Below are positions 1 through 12,850 of a DNA stretch of 64,000 nucleotides, in pieces. The position numbers and the translations under genes are program-made. Under the pieces are notes generated by a model. That model did not search any database. It worked only from the letters and a program-made list of their open reading frames with translations, and was not told the origin of the DNA. Each line of letters opens with the position of its first letter. Position 1 is the stretch's first letter. Source of the DNA: Leptogorgia sarmentosa (lineage: Eukaryota); assembly GCA_964658305.1 (NCBI GenBank), contig OZ210884.1:2480001-2544000 (forward strand). The letters are read 5' to 3'.

Positions 1-1776
1 TCTTGGCATGGTGAATACGCATGGTAAATTTGGTGGCGACCCCATTCAAAATGTAACCCACAGAAGCAATCAAGTCCCTTCACCTGGTATGGTATATTTG
101 CTATTGCTATTGCTCCTGTTGAGATTCCTTTGAAACAACGGGCTACCCATCATCATGCCCTTGCTCGTATTTTTATCACAGGTTTACGAAATTTTCGCTG
201 CGCATTGCTCTTAGCATGGTGAATACGCATGGTAAATTTGGTGGCGACACCATTCAAAATGGAAGCAACAGAAGCAATCAAGTCCCTTCACCTGGTATGG
301 TATATTTGCTATTGCTATTGCTCCTGTTGAGATTCCTTTGAAACAACGGGCTACCCATCATCATGCCCTTGCTCGTATTTTTATCACAGGTTTACGAAAT
401 TTTCGCTGCACATTGCTCTTTGCATGGTGAATACGCATGGTAAATTTGGTGGCGACACCATTCAAAATGGAAGCCACAGAAGCAATCAAGTCCCTTCACC
501 TGGTATGGTATATTTGCTATTGCTCCTGTTGAGATTCCTTTGAAACAACGGGCTACCCATCATCATGCCCTTGCTCGTATTTTTATCACAGGTTTACGAA
601 ATTTTCACTGCACATTGCTCTTGGCATGGCGAATACGCATGGTAAATTTGGTGGCGACACCATTCAAAATGGAAGCCACAGAAGCAATCAAGTCCCTTCA
701 CCTGGTATGGTATATTTGCTGTTGCTATTGCTCCTGTTGAGATTCCTTTGAAACAACGGGCTACCCATCATCATGCCCTTGCTCGTATTTTTATCACAGG
801 TTTACGAAATTTTCGCTACACATTGCTCTTGGCATGGTGAATACGCATGGTAAATTTGGTGGCGACACCATTCAAAATGGAAGCCACAGAAGCAATCAAG
901 TCCCTTCACCTGGTATGGTATATTTGCTATTGCTCCTGTTGAGATTCCTTTGAAACAACGGGCTACCCATCATCATGCCCTTGCTCGTTTTTGATCACAG
1001 GTTTACAAAATTTTCGCTGCACATTGCTCTTGGCATGGTGAATACGCATGGTAAATTTGGTGGCGACACCATTCAAAATGGAAGCCACAGAAGCAATCAA
1101 GTCCCTTTACCTGGTATGGTATATTTGCTATTGCTCCTGTTTAGATTCCTTTGAAACAACGGGCTACCCATCATCATGCCCTTGCTCGTATTTTTATCAC
1201 AGGTTTACGAAATGTTTGCTGCACATTGCTCTTGGCATGGTGAATACGCATGGTAAATTTGGTGGCGACACCATTCAAAATGGAAGCCAGAGAAGCAATC
1301 AAGTCCCTTCACCTGGTATGGTATATTTGCTATTGCTATTGCTCCTGTTGAGATTCCTTTGAAACAACGGGCTACCCATCATCATGCCCTTGCTCGTATT
1401 TTTATCACAGGTTTACGAAATTTTCGCTGCACATTGCTCTTGGCGATGGTGAATACGCATGGTAAATTTGGTGGCGACACCATTCAAAATGGAAGCCACA
1501 GAAGCAATCAAGTCCCTTCACCTGGTATGGTATATTTGCTGTTGCTATTGCTCCTGTTGAGATTCCTTTGAAACAACGGGCTACCCATCATCATGCCCTT
1601 GCTCGTATTTTTATCACAGGTTTACGAAATTTTCGCTACACATTGCTTTTGGCATGGTGAATACGCATGGTAAATTTGGTGGCGACACCATTCAAAATGG
1701 AAGCCACAGAAGCAATCAAGTCCCTTCACCTGGTATGGTATATTTGCTATTGCTATTGCTCCTGTTGAGATTCCTT

Positions 1777-2608
1777 TGAAACAACGGGCTACCCATCATC
1801 ATGCCCTTGCTCGTATTTTTATCACAGGTTTACGAAATTTTCGCTGCACATTGCTCTTGGCATGGTGAATACGCATGGTAAATTTGGTGGCGACACTATT
1901 CAAAATGGAAGCCACAGAAGCAATCAAGTCCCTTCACCTGGTATGGTATATTTGCTATTGCTATTGCTCCTGTTGAGATTCCTTTGAAACAACGGGCTAC
2001 CCATCATCATGCCCTTGCTCGTATTTTTATCACAGGTTTACGAAATTTTCGCTGCACATTGCTCTTGGAATGGTGAATACGCATGGTAAATTTGGTGGCG
2101 ACACCATTCAAAATGGAAGCCACAGAAGCAATCAAGTCCCTTCACCTGGTATGGTATATTTGCTATTGCTATTGCTCCTGTTGAGATTCCTTTGAAACAA
2201 CGGGCTACCCATCATCATGCCCTTGCTCGTATTTTTATCACAGGTTTACGAAATTTTCGCTGCACATTGCTCTTGGCATGGTGAATACGCATGGTAAATT
2301 TGGTGGCGACACTATTCAAAATGGAAGCCACAGAAGCAATCAAGTCCCTTCACCTGGTATGGTATATTTGCTATTGCTATTGCTCCTGTTGAGATTCCTT
2401 TGAAACAACGGGCTACCCATCATCATGCCCTTGCTCGTATTTTTATCACAGGTTTACGAAATTTTCGCTGCACATTGCTCTTGGAATGGTGAATACGCAT
2501 GGTAAATTTGGTGGCGACACCATTCAAAATGGAAGCCACAGAAGCAATCAAGTCCCTTCACCTGGTATGGTATATTTGCTATTGCTATTGCTCCTGTTGA
2601 GATTCCTT
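1777..2608. repeat. 2-mer HOR, 416 bp x2
   Basis: CGACACTATT at 1891 and 2307; TTGGAATGG variant in the alternating monomers. Confidence 0.8.
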
Positions 2609-3645
2609 TGAAACAACGGGCTACCCATCATCATGCCCTTGCTCGTATTTTTATCACAGGTTTACGAAATTTTCGCTGCACATTGCTCTTGGCATGGTGA
2701 ATACGCATGGTAAATTTGGTGGCGACACCATTCAAAATGGAAGCCACAGAAGCAATCAAGTCCCTTCACCTGGTATGGTATATTTCCTATTGCTATTGCT
2801 CCTGTTGAGATTCCTTTGAAACAACGGGCTACCCATCATCATGCCCTTGCTCGTATTTTTATCACAGGTTTACGAAATTTTCGCTGAACATTGCTCTTGG
2901 CGATGGTGAATACGCATGGTAAATTTGGTGGCGACACCATTCAAAATGGAAGCCACAGAAGTAATCAAGTCCCTTCACCTGGTATGGTATATTTGCTATT
3001 GCTATTGCTCCTGTTGAGATTGCTTTGAAACAACGGGCTACCCATCATCATGCCCTTGCTCGTATTTTTATCACAGGTTTACGAACTTTTCCCTGCACAT
3101 TGCCCCTGGCATGCTGAATACGCATGGTAAATTTGGTGGCGACACCATTCAAAATGGAAGCCACAGAAGCAATCAAGTCCCTTCACCTGGTATGGTATAT
3201 TTGCTATTGCTCCTGTTGAGATTCCTTTGAAACAACGTGCTACCCATCATCATGCCCTTGCTCGTATTTTTATCACAGGTTTACGAAATTTTCGCTGCAC
3301 ATTGCTCTTGGCGATGGTGAATACGCATGGTAAATTTGGTGGCGACACCATTCAAAATGGAAGCCACAGAAGCAATCAAGTCCCTTCACCTGGTATGGTA
3401 TATTTGCTATTGCTATTGCTCCTGTTGAGATTCCTTTGAAACAACGGGCTACCCATCATCATGCCCTTGCTCGTATTTTTATCACAGGTTTACGAAATTT
3501 TCGCTGCACATTGCTCTTGGCGATGGTGAATACGCATGGTAAATTTGGTGGCGACACCATTCAAAATGGAAGCCACAGAAGCAATCAAGTCCCTTCACCT
3601 GGTATGGTATATTTGCTATTGCTATTGCTCCTGTTGAGATTCCTT

Positions 3646-5517
3646 TGAAACAACGGGCTACCCATCATCATGCCCTTGCTCGTATTTTTATCGCAGGTTT
3701 ACGAAATTTTCGCTGCACATTGCTCTTGGCATGGTGAATACGCATGGTAAATTTTGTGCCAACACCATTCAATGTGGAAGCCACAGAAGCAATCAAGTCC
3801 CTTCACCTGGTATGGTATATTTGCTATTGCTATTGCTCCTGTTGAGATTCCTTTGAAACAACGGGCTACCCATCATCATGCCCTTGCTCGTATTTTTATC
3901 CCAGGTTTACGAAATTTTCGCTGCACATTGCTCTTGGCATGGTGAATACGCATGGTAAATTTGGTGGCGACACCATTCAAAATGGAAGCCACAGAAGCAA
4001 TCAAGTCCCTTCACCTGGTATGGTATATTTGCTATTGCTATTGCTCCTGTTGAGATTCCTTTGAAACAACGGGCTACCCATCATCATGCACTTGCTCGTA
4101 TTTTTATCACAGGTTTACGGAATTTTCGCTACACATTGCTCTTGGCATGGTGAATACGCATGGTAAATTTTGTGCCAACACCATTCAAAATGGAAGCCAC
4201 AGAAGCAATCAAGTCCCTTCACCTGGTATGGTATATTTGCTATTGCTATTGCTCCTGTTGAGATTCCTTTGAAACAACGGGCTACCCATCATCATGCCCT
4301 TGCTCGTATTTTTATCACAGGTTTACGGAATTTTCGCTACACATTGCTCTTGGCATGGTGAATACGCATGGTAAATTTGGTGGCGACACCATTCAAAATG
4401 GAAGCCACAGAAGCAATCAAGTCCCTTCACCTGGTATGGTATATTTGCTATTGCTATTGCTCCTGTTGAGATTCCTTTGAAACAACGGGCTACCCATCAT
4501 CATGCACTTGCTCGTATTTTTATCACAGGTTTACGGAATTTTCGCTACACATTGCTCTTGGCATGGTGAATACGCATGGTAAATTTTGTGCCAACACCAT
4601 TCAAAATGGAAGCCACAGAAGCAATCAAGTCCCTTCACCTGGTATGGTATATTTGCTATTGCTATTGCTCCTGTTGAGATTCCTTTGAAACAACGGGCTA
4701 CCCATCATCATGCCCTTGCTCGTATTTTTATCACAGGTTTACGGAATTTTCGCTACACATTGCTCTTGGCATGGTGAATACGCATGGTAAATTTGGTGGC
4801 GACACCATTCAAAATGGAAGCCACAGAAGCAATCAAGTCCCTTCACCTGGTATGGTATATTTGCTATTGCTATTGCTCCTGTTGAGATTCCTTTGAAACA
4901 ACGGGCTACCCATCATCATGCACTTGCTCGTATTTTTATCACAGGTTTACGGAATTTTCGCTACACATTGCTCTTGGCATGGTGAATACGCATGGTAAAT
5001 TTTGTGCCAACACCATTCAAAATGGAAGCCACAGAAGCAATCAAGTCCCTTCACCTGGTATGGTATATTTGCTATTGCTATTGCTCCTGTTGAGATTCCT
5101 TTGAAACAACGGGCTACCCATCATCATGCCCTTGCTCGTATTTTTATCACAGGTTTACGGAATTTTCGCTACACATTGCTCTTGGCATGGTGAATACGCA
5201 TGGTAAATTTGGTGGCGACACCATTCAAAATGGAAGCCACAGAAGCAATCAAGTCCCTTCACCTGGTATGGTATATTTGCTATTGCTATTGCTCCTGTTG
5301 AGATTCCTTTGAAACAACGGGCTACCCATCATCATGCCCTTGCTCGTATTTTTATCACAGGTTTACGGTATTTTCGCTACACATTGCTCTTGGCATGGTG
5401 AATACGCATGGTAAATTTTGTGCCAACACCATTCAAAATGGAAGCCACAGAAGCAATCAAGTCCCTTCACCTGGTATGGTATATTTGCTGTTGCTATTGC
5501 TCCTGTTGAGATTCCTT
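3646..5517. repeat. 2-mer HOR, 416 bp, ~4.5 copies
   Basis: TTGTGCCAACACC variant at 3754, 4170, 4586, 5002 and 5418 (exact 416 spacing), mostly with TTACGGAAT/GCTACAC variants. Confidence 0.93.
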
Positions 5518-6739
5518 TGAAACAACGGGCTACCCATCATCATGCCCTTGCTCTTATTTTTATCACAGGTTTACGAAATTTTCGCTGCACATTGCTCTTG
5601 GCATGGTGAATACGCATGGTAAATTTGGTGGCGACACCATTCAAAATGGAAGCCACAGAAGCAATCAAGTCCCTTCACCTGGTATGGTATATTTGCTATT
5701 GCTATTGCTCCTGTTGAGATTCCGTTGAAACAACGGGCTACCCATCATCATGCCCTTGCTCGTATTTTTATCACAGGTTTACGAAATTTTCGCTGCACAT
5801 TGCTCTTGGCGATGGTGAATACGCATGGTAAATTTGGTGGCGACACCATTCAAAATGGAAGCCACAGAAGCAATCAAGTCCCTTCACCTGGTATGGTATA
5901 TTTGCTATTGCTATTGCTCCTGTTGAGATTGCTTTGAAACAACGGGCTAGCCATCATCATGCCCTTGCTCGTATTTTTATCACAGGTTTACGGAATTTTC
6001 GCTGCACATTGCTCTTGGCGATGGTGAATACGCATGGTATATTTGGTGGCGACACCATTCAAAATGGAAGCCACAGAAGCAATCAAGTCCCTTCACCTGG
6101 TATGGTATATTTGCTATTGCTATTGCTCCTGTTGAGATTCCTTTGAAACAACGGGCTACCCATCATCATGCCCTTGCTCGTATTTTTATCACAGGTTTAC
6201 GAAATTTTCGCTGCATATTGCTCTTGGCGATGGTGAATACGCATGGTAAATTTGGTGGCGACACCATTCAAAATGGAAGCCACAGAAGCAATCAAGTCCC
6301 TTCACCTGGTATGGTATATTTGCTACTGCTATTGCTCCTGTTGAGATTGCTTTGAAACAACGGGCTACCCATCATCATGCCCTTGCTCGTATTTTTATCA
6401 CAGGTTTACGAACTTTTCCCTGCACATTGCCCCTGGCATGGTGAATACGCATGGTAAATTTGGTGGCGACACCATTCAAAATGGAAGCCACAGAAGCAAT
6501 CAAGTCCCTTCACCTGGTATGGTATATTTGCTATTGCTATTGCTCCTGTTGAGATTCCTTTGAAACAACGTGCTACCCATCATCATGCCCTTGCTCGTAT
6601 TTTTATCACAGGTTTACGAAATTTTCGCTGCACATTGCTCTTGGCGATGGTGAATACGCATGGTAAATTTGGTGGCGACACCATTCAAAATGGAAGCCAC
6701 AGAAGCAATCAAGTCCCTTCACCTGGTATGGTATATTTG

Positions 6740-7985
6740 CTATGGCTATTGCTCCTGTTGAGATTCCTTTGAAACAACGGGCTACCCATCATCATGCCCT
6801 TGCTCGTATTTTTATCACAGGATTACGACATTTTCGCTGCACATTGCTCTTGGCATGGTGAATACGCATGGTAAATTTGGTGGCGACACCATTCAAAATG
6901 GAAGCCACAGAAGCAATCATGTCCCTTCACCTGGTATGGTATATTTGCTATTGCTATTGCTCCTGTTGAGATTCTTTGAAACAACGGGCTACCCATCATC
7001 ATGCCATTGCTCGTATTTTTATCACAGGTTTACGACATTTTCGCTGCACATTGCTCTTGGCATGGTGAATACGCATGGTAAATTTGGTTGCGACACCATT
7101 CAAAATGGAAGCCACAGAAGCAATCAAGTCCCTTCACCTGGTATGGTATATTTGCTATTGCTATTGCTCCTGTTGAGATTCCTTTGAAACAACGGGCTAC
7201 CCATCATCATGCCCTTGCTCGTATTTTTATCACAGGTTTACGGAATTTTCGCTACACATTGCTCTTGGCATGGTGAATACGCATGGTAAATTTGGTGGCG
7301 ACACCCTTCAAAATGGAAGCCACAGAAGCAATCAAGTCCCTTCACCTGGTATGGTATATTTGCTATGGCTATTGCTCCTGTTGAGATTCCTTTGAAACAA
7401 CGGGCTACCCATCATCATGCCCTTGCTCGTATTTTTATCACAGGTTTACGACATTTTCGCTGCACATTGCTCTTGGCATGGTGAATACGCATGGTAAATT
7501 TGGTGGCGACACCATTCAAAATGGAAGCCACAGAAGCAATCAAGTCCCTTCACCTGGTATGGTATATTTGCTATTGCTATTGCTCCTGTTGAGATTCTTT
7601 GAAACAACGGGCTACCCATCATCATGCCATTGCTCGTATTTTTATCACAGGTTTACGACATTTTCGCTGCACATTGCTCTTGGCATGGTGAATACGCATG
7701 GTAAATTTGGTTGCGACACCATTCAAAATGGAAGCCACAGAAGCAATCAAGTCCCTTCACCTGGTATGGTATATTTGCTATTGCTATTGCTCCTGTTGAG
7801 ATTCCTTTGAAACAACGGGCTACCCATCATCATGCCCTTGCTCGTATTTTTATCACAGGTTTACGGAATTTTCGCTATACATTGCTCTTGGCATGGTGAA
7901 TACGCATGGTAAATTTGGTGGCGACACCATTCAAAATGGAATCCACAGAAGCAATCAAGTCCCTTTACCTGGTATGGTATATTTG
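6740..7985. repeat. 3-mer HOR, 623 bp x2
   Basis: TATGGCT at 6741/7364. The GATTCTTTG deletion, ATGCCATT and GGTTGCGAC all repeat at +623 (ORF pairs 6855/7478 and 7088/7711). Confidence 0.88.
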
Positions 7986-8211
7986 CTATTGCTCCTGTTG
8001 AGATTCCTTTGAAACAACGGGCTACCCATCATCATGCCCTTGCTCGTATTTTTATCACAGGTTTACGAAATTTTCGCTGCACATTCCTCTTGGCGATGGT
8101 GAATACGCGTGGTAAATTTGGTGGCGACACCATTCAAAATGGAAGCCACAGAAGCAATCAAGTCCCTTCACCTGGTATGGTATATTTGCTATTGCTCCTG
8201 TTGAGATTCCT

Positions 8212-9650
8212 TTGAAACAACGGGCTACCCATCATCATGCCCTTGCTCGTATTTTTATCACAGGTTTACGAAATTTTCGCTGCACATTGCTCTTGGCGAT
8301 GGTGAATACGCATGGTAAATTTGGTGGCGACACCATTCAAAATGGAAGCCAGAGAAGCAATCAAGTCCCTTCACCTGGTATGGTATATTTGCTATTGCTC
8401 CTGTTGAGATTCCTTTGAAACAACGGGCTACCCATCATCATGCCCTTGCTCGTATTTTTATCACAGGTTTATGAAATTTTCGCTGCACATTGCTCTTGGC
8501 ATGGTGAAACCGCATGGTAAATTTGGTGGCGACACCATTCAAAATGGAAGCCACAGAAGCAATCAAGTCCCTTCACCTGGTATGGTATATTTGCTATTGC
8601 TATTGCTCCTGTTGAGATTCCGTTGAAACAACGGGCTACCCATCATCATGCCCTTGCTCGTATTTTTATCACAGGTTTACGAAATTTTCGCTGCACATTG
8701 CTCTTGGCGATGGTGAATACGCATGGTAAATTTGGTGGCGACACCATTCAAAATGGAAGCCACAGAAGCAATCAAGTCCCTTCACCTGGTATGGTATATT
8801 TGCTATTGCTCCTGTTGAGATTCCTTTGAAACAACGGGCTACCCATCATCATGCCCTTGCTCGTATTTTTATCACAGGTTTATGAAATTTTCGCTGCACA
8901 TTGCTCTTGGCATGGTGAAACCGCATGGTAAATTTGGTGGCGACACCATTCAAAATGGAAGCCACAGAAGCAATCAAGTCCCTTCACCTGGTATGGTATA
9001 TTTGCTATTGCTATTGCTCCTGTTGAGATTCCGTTGAAACAACGGGCTACCCATCATCATGCCCTTGCTCGTATTTTTATCACAGGTTTACGAAATTTTC
9101 GCTGCACATTGCTCTTGGCGATGGTGAATACGCATGGTAAATTTGGTGGCGACACCATTCAAAATGGAAGCCACAGAAGCAATCAAGTCCCTTCACCTGG
9201 TATGGTATATTTGCTATTGCTCCTGTTGAGATTCCTTTGAAACAACGGGCTACCCATCATCATGCCCTTGCTCGTATTTTTATCACAGGTTTACGAAATT
9301 TTTGCTGCACATTGCTCTTGGCATGGTGAATACGCATGGTAAATTTGGTGGCGACACCATTCAAAATGGAAGCCAGAGAAGCAATCAAGTCCCTTCACCT
9401 GGTATGGTATATTTGCTATTGCTCCTGTTGAGATTCCTTTGAAACAACGGGCTACCCATCATCATGCCCTTGCACGTATTTTTATCACAGGTTTATGAAA
9501 TTTTCGCTGCACATTGCTCTTGGCATGGTGAAACCGCATGGTAAATTTGGTGGCGACACCATTCAAAATGGAAGCCACAGAAGCAATCAAGTCCCTTCAC
9601 CTGGTATGGTATATTTGCTATTGCTATTGCTCCTGTTGAGATTCCGTTGA
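8212..9650. repeat. 2-mer HOR, 411 bp (203+208), last unit expanded to 613 bp
   Basis: ATGGTGAAACCGC at 8501, 8912 and 9525, with linked TTTATGAA and TCCGTTG variants. Confidence 0.85.
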
Positions 9651-10379
9651 AACAACGGGCTACCCATCATCATGCCCTTGCTCGTATTTTTATCACAGGT
9701 TTACGAAATTTTCGCTGCACATTGCTCTTGGCGATGGTGAATACGCATGGTAAATTTGATGGCGACACCATTCAAAATGGAAGCCACAGAAGCAATCAAG
9801 TCCCTTCATCTGGTATGGTATATTTGCTATTGCTATTGCTCCTGTTGAGATTCCTTTGAAACAACGGGCTACCCATCATCATGCCGTTGCTCGTATTTTT
9901 ATCACAGGTTTACGAAATTTTCGCTGCATATTGCTCTTGGCATGATGAATACGCATGGTAAATTTGGTGGCGACACCATTCAAAATGGAAGCCACAGAAG
10001 CAATCAAGTCCCTTAACCTGGTATGGTATATTTGCTATTGCTATTGCTCCTGTTGAGATTCCTTTGAAACAACGGGCTACCCATCATCATGCCCTTGCTC
10101 GTATTTTTATCACAGGTTTACGAAATTTTCGCTGCACATTGCTCTTGGCATGGTGAATACGCATGGTAAATTTGGTGGCGACACCATTCAAAATGGAAGC
10201 CACAGAAGCAATCAAGTCCCTTCACCTGGTATGGTATATTTGCTATTGCTATTGCTCCTGTTGAGATTACTTTGAAACAACGGGCTACCCATCATCATGC
10301 CCTTGCTCGTATTTTTATCAAAGGTTTACGAAATTTTCGCTGCACATTGCCCTTGGCATGGTGAATACGCATGGTAAAT

Positions 10380-12850
10380 TTAGTGGCGACACCATTCAAA
10401 ATGGAAGCCACAGAAGCAATCAAGTCCCTTCACCTGGTATGGTGTATTTGCTATTGCTATTGCTCCTGTTGAGATTCCTTTGAAACAACGGGCTACCCAT
10501 CATCATGCCCTTGCTCGTATTTTTATCACAGGTTTACGAAATTTTCGCCGCACATTGCTCTTGGCATGGTGAATACGCATGTGAAATTTGGTGTCGACAC
10601 AATTCAAAATGGAAGCCACAGAAGCAATCAAGTCCCTTCACTTGGTATGGTATATTTGCTATTGCTATTGCTCCTGTTGAGATTCCTTTGAAACAACGGG
10701 CTACCCATCATCATGCCCTTGCTCGTATTTTTATTACAGGTTTACCAAATTTACGCTGCGCATTGCTCTTGGCATGGTGAATACGCATGGTAAATTTGGT
10801 GGCGACACCAGTCAAAATGGAAGCCACAGAAGCAATCAAGTCCCTTCACCTGGTATGGTATCTTTGCTATTGCTCCTGTTGAGATTCCTTGGAAACAACG
10901 GGCTACCCATCATCATGCACTTGCTCGTATTTTTATCACAGGTTTACCAAATTACGCTGCGCATTGCTCTTGGCATGGTGAATACGCATGGTAAATTTGG
11001 TGGCGACACCAGTCAAAATGGAAGCCACAGAAGCAATCAAGTCCCTTCACCTGGTATGGTATCTTTGCTATTGCTCCTGTTGAGATTCCTTTGAAACAAC
11101 GGGCTACCCATCATCATGCCCTTGCTCGTATTTTTATCACAGGTTTACGAAATTTTCGCTGCACATTGCTCTTGGCATGGTGAATACGCATGGTAAATTT
11201 GGTGGCGACACCATTCAAAATGGAAGCCACAGAAGCAATCAAGTCCCTTCACCTGGTATGGTATATTTGCTATTGCTATTGCTCCTGTTGAGATTCCTTT
11301 GAAACCACGGGCTACCCATCATCATGCCCTTGCTCGTATTTTTATCACAGGTTTACGAAATTTTCGCTGCGCATTGCTCTTGGCATGGTGAATACGCATG
11401 GTAAATTTGGTGGCGACACCATTCAAAATGGAAGCCACAGAAGCAGTCAAGTCCCTTCACCTGGGATGGTATATTTGCTATTGCTATTGCTCCTGTTGAG
11501 ATTCCTTTGAAACAACCGGTTACCCATCATCATGCCCTTGCTCGTATTTTTATCACAGGTTTACGAAGTTTTCGCTGCACATTGCTCTTGGCATGGTGAA
11601 TACGCATGGTAAATTTAGTGGCGACACCATTCAAAATGGAAGCCACAGAAGCAATCAAGTCCCTTCACCTGGTATGGTGTATTTGCTATTGCTATTGCTC
11701 CTGTTGAGATTCCTTTGAAACAACGGGCTACCCATCATCATGCCCTTGCTCGTATTTTTATCACAGGTTTACGAAATTTTCGCTGCACATTGCTCTTGGC
11801 ATGGTGAATACGCATGTGAAATTTGGTGTCGACACAATTCAAAATGGAAGCCACAGAAGCAATCAAGTCCCTTCACTTGGTATGGTATATTTGCTATTGC
11901 TATTGCTCCTGTTGAGATTCCTTTGAAACAACGGGCTACCCATCATCATGCCCTTGCTCGTATTTTTATTACAGGTTTACCAAATTTACGCTGCGCATTG
12001 CTCTTGGCATGGTGAATACGCATGGTAAATTTGGTGGCGACACCAGTCAAAATGGAAGCCACAGAAGCAATCAAGTCCCTTCACCTGGTATGGTATCTTT
12101 GCTATTGCTCCTGTTGAGATTCCTTGGAAACAACGGGCTACCCATCATCATGCACTTGCTCGTATTTTTATCACAGGTTTACCAAATTACGCTGCGCATT
12201 GCTCTTGGCATGGTGAATACGCATGGTAAATTTGGTGGCGACACCAGTCAAAATGGAAGCCACAGAAGCAATCAAGTCCCTTCACCTGGTATGGTATCTT
12301 TGCTATTGCTCCTGTTGAGATTCCTTTGAAACAACGGGCTACCCATCATCATGCCCTTGCTCGTATTTTTATCACAGGTTTACGAAATTTTCGCTGCACA
12401 TTGCTCTTGGCATGGTGAATACGCATGGTAAATTTGGTGGCGACACCATTCAAAATGGAAGCCACAGAAGCAATCAAGTCCCTTCACCTGGTATGGTATA
12501 TTTGCTATTGCTATTGCTCCTGTTGAGATTCCTTTGAAACCACGGGCTACCCATCATCATGCCCTTGCTCGTATTTTTATCACAGGTTTACGAAATTTTC
12601 GCTGCGCATTGCTCTTGGCATGGTGAATACGCATGGTAAATTTGGTGGCGACACCATTCAAAATGGAAGCCACAGAAGCAGTCAAGTCCCTTCACCTGGG
12701 ATGGTATATTTGCTATTGCTATTGCTCCTGTTGAGATTCCTTTGAAACAACCGGTTACCCATCATCATGCCCTTGCTCGTATTTTTATCACAGGTTTACG
12801 AAATTTTCGCTGCGCATTGCTCTTGGCATGGTGAATACGCATGGTAAATT
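10380..12850. repeat. 6-mer HOR, 1235 bp x2
   Basis: TAGTGGCGAC at 10381/11616. GCATGTGAAA..GTGTCGACACAA, CCAGTCAA, AAACCACGG and AACCGGTT all repeat at +1235 (ORF pairs 10505/11740 and 10774/12009). Confidence 0.92.

Noticed and set aside
5720..5738. CENP-B-box-like TTCCGTTGAAACAACGGGC (variant) / CTTTGAAACAACGGG (consensus)
   Set aside because: It resembles YTTCGTTGGAARCGGGA superficially but fails the required TTCG-N4-A-N2-CGGG core in both sequence and spacing.
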